A stretch of 20,000 nucleotides of DNA from Peribolospora baueri (Eukaryota), in contig JAMDHS010000102.1 of assembly GCA_029717555.1 (NCBI GenBank), positions 49,313 to 69,312 of the forward strand. Direction: 5' to 3'. The position numbers were made by a program, and so were the translations under genes. This document shows, in pieces, positions 1-10,642 of this stretch. The stretch's first letter is position 1; each line of letters starts with the position of its first letter. The notes beneath the pieces are model-generated. The model was not told the DNA's origin, did no database searches, and was given only the letters and a program-made list of their open reading frames with translations.

Positions 1-1921
1 TGCTCCATCTGGTCGCCTAATCCCGCCGCTCCACCTAGCCCTCGCGCCCCCGCTTCGCCCGCTTTGGGTCTTCTCAACGTTCCCCCTATGCCCACCTCCA
101 TGCGCCTCCTTCCCCTACCTTTCCCCTCGGCCCATTTCCACCGACACCGCTCCGCCCACTCCTCGTCTCCTTGCCCGCCTAACCCTAACCACTCGCCCTA
201 CACCCGTTCCTACTGGTCCTCCCCTGGCCTCTCCCACGACTCGATACCCCATCTCTCCTCCTCCTCCTCCACTGCCTCCTCTTCTCCTCACCACACCCGT
301 CCCTCTTCTCCCTATTCCCACCGTCGGCCCTGTTTGTCTTCCCCCGGCCCTTCCCATCCATCTCTCCCCACCCGCTCCCACGCTCCCAGCCCCGAGTCTC
401 TGCCCTCGCCCTTTCGTCGCAACAGTGCTAGCTCCCGCGACGACATTCCACCTCACCAGCTGCCTCCGTCCGCACAGACCGCGCCCGCTTCCCAGGCCCT
501 CCCCGGACCTTACCCTCCCCTTGACCTCCAGTACATCTACGGCTGGAGTTCTGATTCTATCCTTCCCCGATCCCGTCCCGATGATGTCCTCAGGCCCACC
601 GACGTCGTTGAGCCGCTGGACGACGACCCAGTCGACTATGATCCGGTCGACTACGGAAATATCTTTCAAGACGCCCTCACCGAGCCTTTGAGGTCCCTCT
701 GGGGCGACCGCGGCCAAGAGTGAGCAGTGAGCCCTTGCCTTCGTCAGCTCGTGTCCAACCCTTTCCCTCACATCCTTTTATCCCTCCAGACTCCGAGTCG
801 CTCTCGAAGCGACATGCCTCAAAGACCGCTTTGACGGAAACGACATCTTCGTCGCTTACCGTCGCAACTATTCCACCATCGTCTGCCGCCTCCATCTGGC
901 GCCTTCCTCTTCGACTGGCCTCTCGCCCCAGAGCGACTCGCACGGCTCCTCCGGCATCCCCGACATCTACCTCAGCCGCAAGATCCGCAACCCGTCTTCG
1001 TCAGGCAGGGTGTCATGGGCCAAGAGCAAGCTGCTCAGCTCGCCCAACTCTGACGAAGACGAACCCAAGATCATGCAGCTCGTCAAAGGATTCAGCGTCG
1101 GCTTGGACGCCTTTGTCCTAGGTCAACGCGACACCGACGGTTCTTTTCGCCGCGAAAAGACGAGGGACAAGAACGTCCCCCTCGTCAGGTACTCTTCCCT
1201 CCGCGGTGAGTCACGCCGCCTCGTCGCCGCCCGTGGGCGTAGCCTACGCTCATCTTCGCTCCTCGGGCTTCCTCCCCCCCTCCGCTCGCCGGTAGAGAAT
1301 GCAGCGCCGCTCCCTCTCGAGACGGAGCCCGTCACTCCGGGAGACGAACCAGGATCCGAGGCAGTGTTCGAGCGGATTCAGTTCGTGAGCATGTCTGCTC
1401 CACTCCAAGTGGCCGTCGGTCGTCCAGCCTACCTGTGCGACGGCTGATCCATGTCGCGTGTCCTCTTCGTTCCGCCTCACAGAAATCGGCTACTCCCGGT
1501 AACGGAAAGAACAGGAAGCAGCAGCTGTGAGTCCCGTGACCTCTTTCCAGAGCTTGTCAGCCTCGACGCTCTCTCACACCTACTCTCGACGATCGCTTCA
1601 TTGCACCGCTTCGTTCGCCGGCAGCAACGCCTACCGTCTCGTTTTGTATGCCCATGTCGCTCATTGGCCTGGCGCTGAAGGAAGCGCGGGCCGCCGCGGC
1701 AGCGGCTTTGCTAGCAGGAAAGCGGGGCCGAGGGCGGATGCGATCGATACCGTGCCCATAGCGTGAGTGTCTCAGTGCTTTGTGCTCCGTGCTCTAGGGA
1801 GAGCGGACGACGTTTCCTAACCCCCCATTTTACTCGCAGTTCCATCGTCTCCAAAGGCATCGTCGTTCGCGGCCGTTCCAGGGGCCAGTATCCGCTCGAC
1901 GGCTTTCGACGTCCCACGTAG
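1..1921 (+). CDS. NDT80/PhoG-family (p53-like fold) transcription factor, 6 exons; 5' end uncertain
   Basis: Exons <1(or ATG 88)-719, 790-1205, 1296-1384, 1483-1526, 1625-1762, 1840-1921. All introns are GT..AG. From ATG 88 the CDS is 1401 nt (466 aa + TAG). The spliced protein has Ndt80-family motifs in the expected order: VAYRRNYSTI, PLVRYSSLRE, FERIQF|KSATPGNGKNRKQQL|NAYRLVLYAHV and SKGIVVRGRSRGQY. The frame is open back to base 1, so the start may lie upstream of the window. Confidence 0.85.
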
Positions 1922-2477
1922 ACCGCCTTCTTTTCGCAGTCCACCCACCGTTGACTCGCCTCTCCGCATTCGCCGCCTCGTCCGATCAACCTCACTCTTG
2001 GGATTTCGCTAGCTCTTCTCCCTTTCATTCCGCCAGCCTCTCCCGCTCTTTCGAGTGCTCCGAGTGCCCAGACTGCCCACCCAGACTGCCCCCCCCCCCC
2101 CCACCCATGCTTCTATTTGTCGTTCTGCTCTCCTCGCTTCCTTCCTCGCCCGCCTTTCCACCATTCATCTTTTGCCGCGCCTCGTCGACGTGCACTCGAT
2201 TTGCGGTCCGCTTCGCGTTCGATCGTCGCTGCCGCTCGCCGCTGCTTTGCTCTAACTAGGGTCGCCTCCTTCTCCAGCATGCTTCGTCTTCTCCCGCCCA
2301 CTCGGGCCTTTCCCTTCGCATCCCAAGCCCGTGTCCTCGTTAGCGCTCTTCGGCGATGCCCCATCACCACCAGCGTCGCATCCATGCTAGACACAAGTTT
2401 GCCAAAGCGAAACGCCGTGTGTGTAGTCGAGTATTCCTGCAACCTGTTCCACCGCATGCTCGATCTATTCCTACCTA

Positions 2478-4214
2478 TCAAGTCATCTCGGCCAGCATGC
2501 TCTCGAGACGTAACCGCTGCTCGTGTCGATGGAGCTCGTCGATGAGATACTCCAACCCACTCCCGTCGTCCTCTGACCCCTCGAGAACCTTTTCGAGACC
2601 CGAGAGGGAGACGCCGATGCGATGGTCCGTGATACGGTCCTGTTGCCCGGCGGGCGTATGAAGAGAGCGACGGACGGACGAGATCAATCCATCTCCCGTT
2701 GCGTTCCTACACCTTCCTTCCTAACCCCGGAAAGCCCTCCGGACCGGGACCGGGATGCTCACCTGCGCATAATTATACGTCCGTACCTTATCACTCCGAT
2801 CCATCCCCGCCACCTGACTCCTCTTCGCCGCCCGCTTCGACGCCACTTCATCTCGCATTTTACGATCTGCCAGACGCGCGCGCAGGACGGCCCATGCTTT
2901 TGCTCGATTCTGGAGTTGGGCGGAAGGGATGGAGAGGGTGAGGACCGGCATATGTGTGTGTGTGTGGGGGTGTTCACTTACCTGATGCTGCGAGCGCGAG
3001 TCTTGCATCGAGACCGAGATGCCCGTCGGCTCGTGCGTCAGACGCACGGCCGATTCCGTTCGATTGACGTGCTGCAGGAAGAACCAGTAAGCGCGTCGCC
3101 CGCCCGACCATAGACGATGGCGATCGAGTAATGAACCTCACCTGTCCTCCGGCTCCTCGAGACCTCATGACTTCCAGCTTGACCTCCTTGGGGTCGACGT
3201 AGAAATCGTCGTTCTTGCCGTTGCCCGTCTCTTCCGACAACGGAAGGACGACCATGGCGACGGTGGACGTGTGCACCCTGCCCTGCGTCTCCGTCAGCGG
3301 CACGCGCTGGACCCGGTGCACGCCTGCCTCAAACTTGAGCTTGCCGTACGCGCCCTCGCCTTTGACCTCGAGGATGACCTCCTTGAGCGCCTCGCCCCCC
3401 GCGCTCCCTCCTCGAGCCCCTTCGGCGACGGTACGGGAAAGCGCCTCGACGGACCAGTTCCTCGGCTCCGACGCGCACCATCGCGCGTACATGCGCGCCA
3501 GGTCTCCCACAAACAGCGCCGCCTCGTCTCCTCCTACGCCGGCTTTGAGCTCGAGGAGGGCAGAGGAAGAGTCGAGCGAAGAAGGGGCGAGGAGATGTCG
3601 TCGGAACGCCGAGCGCAGGGTCGTCAGTGAATCGCGGAGCGTCTCGGCCTCCTCGGCAGCTAGTGTGCGCATCGAAGCGTCGGGATCGGACTCGGAGAGA
3701 GCGAGCGTGGCCTCGAGTTGCTGAGATCACTTGCCGGCAAGAAAGAGGCGGGCGTCGAGTGAGACGGTGGGCGGACGAACGGAGGGAAGCTCTACAACGG
3801 TCCGCGCTCACCTCCTGCGTATCCTTCCATGCCCTCCAGGACTGATGAAGAGGCTCGAGCTCCTTGACCTGGCGTGCTCGACTTATTTGCTCTGAAGGAC
3901 TGCCGTTTGGCTTTTGCCGACGGACGTGAAGCCAGAGACGTCAGCCGGCTCAGCACTTCCGATGGGACAAAATAAAAGAAAAAGAGAGGCGTCCGGCCTC
4001 TTACCTTGTCCAGTAGACTCGCCCTCTCCTCCATCATGCGGGCCACCAGGGCCACCACCTTGTCGTCCTTCTCCTCTTCAGCGCCCCGCCCGGTCGCCTT
4101 CTTGGCCGCCCAGAGGGACGAGGAGCTGGTCATCCCCCGTCGACAAGACGGGGAGAAAAAGAGAGCTGTGGCACCGCGCCGACATGCATTTCCGGCGGTC
4201 GGGAGGACGTACAT
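2478..4214 (-). CDS. MRF1: Mitochondrial peptide chain release factor 1 (class I, bacterial RF1 type), 6 exons, 428 aa
   Basis: Exons 4214-4005, 3910-3812, 3720-3142, 3071-2982, 2909-2763, 2639-2478, all phase 0. Motifs: [37 protein letters not shown] (PxT of RF1), [18 protein letters not shown] (GGQ), [20 protein letters not shown]. The N-terminus is Arg/Ser-rich and lacks acidic residues, like a mitochondrial presequence. Confidence 0.95.
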
Positions 4215-4584
4215 GGCCGCTGGATCGTCTCGTGGGTGCGAAGCATCTCGGTGCGCCTTCACTTGGCGCTCGAGCCATCCGACCGGCTTCTTCTTGCCGC
4301 AGCAAGTCATTTTGCGCACTCGGATACTTTCAATCGTCGACGCGAGGCGTCCACGCACGACGTTCGTTCCAAGTCTGCCATCTCGGTTAGGGTGGTCGAA
4401 GGCGAGGGCGCCAGCGAGACGCAAACACGGGTCATGCAGGCGAGGCAGAATGCGCAGAGAGACAGAGAATGGAAAGACGAGCGGTGCCGACGGACCACAG
4501 GAGAGAAGGTCTTGCTGCGGCGTTAAGCGGTCCCGCTTCGACCGCGCACTGACCTCGTCGACTCCTCTCCTCTCCACTTCAGTC

Positions 4585-6170
4585 ATGTTCTTCGACCTCA
4601 ACCTCCCATGGCCCACCTCCTCCAGCTTTCCCCGCGGTCCCAGCAGCTCCAAGGCCGGGGGAGGCGCTTCCGGGAAGAAGAGCAAGGCCAAAGCGCTGCC
4701 CGCTTCCCCGGCGCCGGGCGACGACGTCAAGCATGACGCGCTTGCCGCTTTGAGGTCAGAGGAGAGGGAAGAACTGGTTCAGAGCTTGGAGATGATGATT
4801 CACAGTAAGCGTCATGGCCTCCTTCGATAGCATCGACGAAGCATTCACACGAAGAGCCAGTAGAAGCTCACAGTGTCTCGTAATACGCATTCGGCCGCTT
4901 CAGTGGGATACTCTGTCGTCGCCTTTAACCACGTCGTTCATTCGCGCTTTGACTCCTCCCGGCACCGCAACCCGTTCTCGGATGGCCCTCCATTCCCAGA
5001 AATGGACACCCGAAGTATCCCAAAGCCACATCGAAATATTCTGCAGTTGAGCAGGATGACGCTCGTCATGGACGATGGCGGCGGTGGACACGGACTGGTG
5101 AGCTCTTCTTTCCTCGTCGCACCAGACACGCGAACTGTTCCGCCGGCCGCTCGTCGTCACCTGGAACACGCTGACTCGCTCTCCTTTGTCCTGAATTTGC
5201 GCTCGCCGTGTACCTCGCCCTGCAGGTAGCATCCAATGCGTTGGCGCTTCAATCCTACGACATTCTCGCCGTACGGCCCTTGAACGAGTCTGCCTTCCAG
5301 ACCGCCTGCCTCACCCTATCTGCTCCGAAAGCCTTCGCTATCGATATCATTTCCCTCGATCTCGCCGCATCTCCCCGATTACCCTTCTACCTCAAGCGGT
5401 CAACCGTCGGCGCGGCCATCGCAGCTGGCGTCGTCTTTGAGGTCTGCTACGGTCCAGCCGTGGGTGCCGGCTCGGGAGATGCCTGCAAAGCCGAAGGGGG
5501 CATTGGCATGGCGGCGAGGAGGAACGTCATCGCTGGTGCAAGGGAAATCATGCGCGTCACTGGCGGCAAGGGAGTCATCATTAGCAGCGAGGTGAGGCGA
5601 ATGATGGAGTTCCGGGGACCATTCGATGTCATCAATATGTGAGTCTGGTTCATCGTCTAAGGCGAGGCGCGGCCAGCCATCGGTTCCCCGACGCACTGAT
5701 CGACGGTTTCCTTTTCTTCGCACCGCAGGGGCACTCTATTTGGGATGAACCAAGCGCTCGCTCGAGATGCCATCTCGAAGACCTGTCGATCGCTCGTGTA
5801 CAAGGCCGGTGAGTCCTCTTCCCGTTCCAGCTATGTTACCTCCCTGCGACCTTGGTCGCTAGTCTCCATCTGAACGGTCGTCCAGAGCTAAACAACGTTC
5901 TTTTTCTGGCGCTCTTCTTCGGGTTCATGTGTTCCAATCACGGTCCCAGAGACGCGCAAAACGTATGGTGGCGTACTCGCGAACCCGGTCGTCGTCACGT
6001 CGACGATACCATCCGCCCCTTCGGCGGAAGCCGACGCCATGGCGGATGGATCGCTCTCAACCGAGGATGGAACTGCAGACGACGGCGAGGCAAAGAAGGG
6101 GAAACGTGGGGGTGAAGGGGGCGGCGGTGGCGTTCAGGGTCGCCAGGGAAAGAAGAGGAAAGTCAAGTAG
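4585..6170 (+). CDS. RPP1: RNase P/RNase MRP protein subunit p30 (Rpp1, PHP-like fold), 5 exons, 375 aa
   Basis: Exons 4585-4804, 4904-5097, 5226-5638, 5729-5808, 5950-6170 (1128 nt). Motifs: MFFDLNLPW, GYSVVAFNH, LSRMTLV, YDILAVRP, IDIISLD, GVVFEVCY, GKGVIISSE, FRGPFDVIN. The protein ends in GKKRKVK. Confidence 0.92.
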
Positions 6171-6890
6171 GCATTAATGCTTCGCTTGCGTCTATCGCAG
6201 TGTGCCTGTGGAGCAGCCTTTGGGAGGCGCGGCCGAGTCTACCCAGATCAAAATGGAAACCGGAGATGTCTGCCTCACGACGTTGCGTTCCAGGTCTTCC
6301 TGCGTTATCCGCATCTCCTTCCCGAGTCTTACCCATTGCCGGTGCTGTTGCTGTACAATAAGAACAAGCAAATAAACGGCACGTGCTCAGTCCCAGGCCT
6401 GACCGCGCGGAGCCATCTATCTCTCGAGAAGCCGTGGCGGTTGTCGACACAAAGACTGCGTTTTAGCGTTCCTATCGACGATAGAATGAATCTTGACGAG
6501 TGATCTCGAACCGGTGCTCGTCTCCCGTTCAGCTCATTGACGCCCGGTATTTGCGCTCACATGAACAAGGAGCACGCGAACAAGACGAGCCAACGCCTCC
6601 AGAGGGAGATGAAGAAGAGCAACCAAGGGTATATTCACAATCAGATGTCATAGAACGGGGCAACAAGGGATGCGACGAGAAGGGTAGCTGTCGTCCACCA
6701 GTCCAAGCACCGTAGCGGAAGGCGAGGCGCGAGAAAGCGGGCGAAGGTGTAAGCAGCAAATGCATAAAAAAGAATGCCGAACCAAACCGAAGGGCGGCTT
6801 CCAACTGAGACGATACGAGCACGGAATGCGCGAGCGAGATATGAGTTGCGGGGAACGAGGTGAAACGATTCCGGACGCTTGCGTTCCATC

Positions 6891-9823
6891 TCATCCGTCA
6901 AGAGGCCTCTCTCCCATCCATCCCACAAAGTCTTGAAATCCGAGTACGGCAGTGACACCGCCTGGGGCAGCAGTCTGTCGTTTCCGGTGTGCGTCCTTGT
7001 CGCGATTACCGGTCTTCTCTCCGTCGTACTCGCCGTAGTCCTCGTCCTCGTCCTCCTCATCCTCTTCCTCTCCGTACTGACGCCTGCTTTTAGATCGATC
7101 TTGCGCACCTCCAGCGACGTCGGCGCCGACACCAGCGATGGGCGCGGCCTGATCACGACCTCCTTTCCCGTCTCTTTCTCCCTCCGCGTCTGTACCAGCG
7201 CTTTCTGAGTCTTCACCGTCAATCCCCGTCCCAGAGGCGAAGCTTGCGCCTCCCGCGCTCATCGACCGAGGCAGACCAGCAGAGCCCGCAGCAGAGGTGA
7301 AGGAGCCGCCCGCAGATCCGCCTCCGCCCACTGCGGTCTCCGCACCAGGTCCAGCGCCATCTCCCGCACCTGAGACGGCGCTCATCTTCCTCCTCCTCTC
7401 GGCCAGCTTCCTTCCCTGCACGCTCAGCTCCTCTCCACCCTCCCTCCAACCGAGGAGCCGCGAGACGATAGAAGCCATATCCGCCTTCTTCTCCACGTCT
7501 GATACCCAGCTGTCCACTGTCCGCTCAAAGTCAGCACGGTTGCGGAAAGGAAGAAGGTAGCCAGCCGTGTGGTGCGGATTCTCGGCCCCACCGGAGACGG
7601 ACTGCTGGTGGTGATGGTGATGATGGTGAGCCGAACCTCCGGCCTGAAGCGAATTCTGCCTAGTCCTCTGCGCCGATCCGGAAGGATCGGGGACGCCCCT
7701 GGATGACGAGGCGTTGGGAACTTGAGCCGAGGCGAGAGCGGCTTGGATCGCTCGTCGTTCTTCCTCAGCCTCTTCCCATACAAGCTCACGAGCGGCTGAG
7801 AAGGTGCGCACGTTGTTGAGCAGAAGTATCGCGCGCAGCGTCGCGTGATCCGGCACCACAAAGCTGGTGGTCGCCCCGTTGCGGCTGTGCCCTTGGCCTC
7901 GACCGTCTGTAGGGATGACGAACGGAATGACATGCCGATGAAGAAGGGTGAGCACGGCCACAGCAGAGGAGAAGGCCGAAGGAGCAAAGATAACTCACGC
8001 GCCCAAATCGGCTCTTCCGCGTTCATAGGCGCACCGTCCTTGTACCCGTTGGAGAGCTCGGCTAGGATAGGAACGTGCTTTGGTGTGCCCAAGTTGGTGT
8101 TGGTGAGGTTCAGGAGGAGCTGAGAGGGGATGGTGCTGATCGCGTTCGGGTTGATGAACCTGACAGGAAGAGCAGAGCGTGTCAGGCCGACGTGACTCCT
8201 AACAACGCGAGAGAAGATCACGGACTCGCTACGCAACCGCACCTTCGGTACAAAACCTGATCGTAAGCCGTCTCGACGGCGCTGTAGTCAGGTCCGTCTC
8301 TGATGACCTTGGAATGGCGCGAGCGCCTCTCCGTGATCGGGTCGCCTCCCAGTCCCATACTGCTCGCGCTCGCCCCGCTGCGAATCTGCCCCATGATGAC
8401 GCTCCGTGGCGGAGCGTTAGGCCCCGCCGCGAAAAGGGCGTTCAGACTTGCGCTAGGCACCTCCTTGGGTGATCCGAAGAAGACGTGGTTCGTCTCCACA
8501 AACTCGAGCGTCGCGCCCGGCCTAAGCACGCGCACGCACTCCTCGATCAGAGGGCCCCACCGGTCCTCCGGGACGCCATCGCCGAGAAAGCGCAGGTGGA
8601 CAAAGTCGAAGCTAGCGTCCGGAAATGGCAGGCCTTCGAGGAAGTTGTTCACTACCCAAGTCACCCGTCTCGCCAGATCCGGATCGGACTCGCGGAGGGG
8701 AGCGAGCGAAGGTTGGATGGGCACAAGGTCCAGCCCCATAAACTCGGAGTGAGGCCACGCCGACGCCGACTCGAGACACCACGCGCCCGTACCCGTGCCT
8801 ACGTCTAGGACGCGGGCGGGTACGACGTCCGGAGAGAAGACGGGCATGCCGTGGGCGTCCTTGACGGCGTCCATTATTGAGTGCATGTTGAGGTCACTAA
8901 GTGCAAGAAATCGAAGAGCGACAAGCGTAAAAAATGTATGCGTGGCGGAGAAGTAAGGGTTCAATCAGCACGCAGCCGCCCGGTCCGACTCTTGGAAGGT
9001 GAACGCACTTCTCCAAGTCCTCCCTTCCGTAACTCCTCCAATACGGCGCCCTCTCTCTCTCGTACCCGTGATACCTCCGAAGCTTGCTCGACTTTGTCCT
9101 TCTGTACAAGAAATAGTCCTCTTTCTCCCACCTCCTCGAGCGCTGCTGGCTTTCCTTGCTCCCGTCGGTCTTGGCGCCCCCGCCTTCGGCCTCAGACGTG
9201 GCGCTCGCCATGGCGTTGGATATTGAAGCGGCACCGAAGAGAAACGACGAGCTGATGCCTCCCGTTCCCGCGAACCTGGATCCATGCAAGGCGGGAAAAG
9301 ATGGCTCGACATCAGAGAGCGCGATGCCTTGGTCTCCTCCTCTGGAGGACGCCTCCTGTCGAAGGAGACTACGTCGGTCCGGCGGAGGCGTGCAGAAGAT
9401 GTACCCTTCCGAGGCGTACAGGTGGCTCTGAGGAGGTTGCTGGAGATTGGGGGGCAGAGGCATGGTGGGAGGCCACGACGGAGAGGACGATGATTGGGGC
9501 CGACTACCGGGAGGCGATGGCGACGGGGCACCCGATTGCGGGGCCGCCCCGGACTTGCGGCCCTTCTTGTCTAGGCCGGCAGCGGAGGCCTTGGAGACCG
9601 AGGACGCGGGAGAGGTGGAGGCTGGAGTGGACAGCCATGGCGGCGGAATGAGACCGAGACGGTAAGGGAGGGGAAGCGTCTGCCAGCGCTCATCGAGTGC
9701 CTTGGAGCTGTCGCCGAGTCCACCGCCGTGACCATCTGCGCTCGGGCGCTTGGAGCCGGTCGTGGAAGAAGGATGTTCGTTGGAGGTTGCTGCTGGCAAG
9801 CCCCTCGTCGAAGGGGTCGTCAT
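6891..9823 (-). CDS. Class I SAM-dependent methyltransferase-domain protein with long low-complexity arms, 4 exons, 881 aa
   Basis: Exons 9823-9009, 8896-8243, 8159-7999, 7906-6891 (2646 nt, in frame). SAM motif I RVLDVGTGTGAW, motif II region FMGLDLVPIQ, NFLEGLPFPDASFDFVH, RVLRPGATLEFVE. ATG 9823 is the first ATG downstream of the putative TATA box. Confidence 0.85.
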
Positions 9824-10302
9824 CGTCGTCCGAGCCCTTCGAGACGGGCCAGACGGGACGAGACGGCGATGAGGGCGATTTGATCGGCAATGATCGGAGC
9901 GAGGAGCGAAGTGCCGCCCAGTCGAGCGCAGAAAGAGAAGCGAAGTAGGAGAAGCGCTAAGAAGACGGGAAGAAAGAAAAGGCGGACGAGAAGAAATGCG
10001 AAGAAGAGACAGAGGGGCGGGGTATCGGGTTGCTGGTTGGAGGGGGGCCGGTGAGCCGGGGGGGGGTGGTATATGCGCCTCTGGAGCGCGTAGGTGGGCG
10101 GCGAGCCGGCGGGTAAGCGAGAGGGGAGGATATGGAGTGCGAGACGAAGGCAGCTGGCAAACCAAACCAGACGAGGCCCTTCTCGCTGGGTGACGAGATG
10201 AAGATGAGCTGTCGTCGACGTTGTCGTCGTCGTCGTCGGCGGTGACGGGGCCTCTTTTTCGTTTGTCCCCTCTTGTGGAACCTGAGGCTGAACGAGGATT
10301 GA

Positions 10303-10309
10303 TTATATA
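10303..10309 (-). promoter_or_regulatory. Putative TATA box for the methyltransferase gene
   Basis: TATATAA on the minus strand in an otherwise GC-rich region about 480 nt upstream of ATG 9823, followed by a pyrimidine-rich leader with no ATG. Confidence 0.4.
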
Positions 10310-10642
10310 ACCCTAACCGCTCCCTCGCCTTCCCACAGCACATCGTCCACCTTCCCTTTCCCTGTCCCTGTGTCCTCGTTCTCGTCTTCCCGATCCACCA
10401 AGCGCTCGCCAGTGCACCATGGAAAACGTAATGGGGCCAGAGGAAGCGGTGCACAGGTGCGAGTGCCGCTATTTTCCGACACCTAACCTCCCCCATGGCG
10501 TCCCGTCTTTCCTTTTGGACCACGAATCGAGCGATCGATCTCGCACATCCTGAACAAATCCTCAAATCCCTAGTAGGCAGCCATAGAAACAAAGAGCGAG
10601 ATGTAAACAGACAGCGTAGTCGTACGATTCCGCCCCATTCCT

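Noticed and set aside
64..723. Pro/Ser-rich ORF as a retrotransposon gag fragment
   Set aside because: It has no zinc knuckle and splices in frame into the Ndt80-like domain.
2067..2102. C14 run and duplicated CCCAGACTGCCC between the convergent NDT80-like and MRF1 genes
   Set aside because: Simple low-complexity slippage sequence with no evidence of function.
6445..6455. MSE-like GACACAAAG as a local Ndt80 target site
   Set aside because: It lies between two convergent 3' ends rather than in a promoter, and such short matches are expected by chance.
9824..10165. Open frame upstream of the methyltransferase ATG (non-AUG N-terminal extension)
   Set aside because: A pyrimidine/GC-rich leader lacks stops by composition, and the translation shows no protein-like signal.
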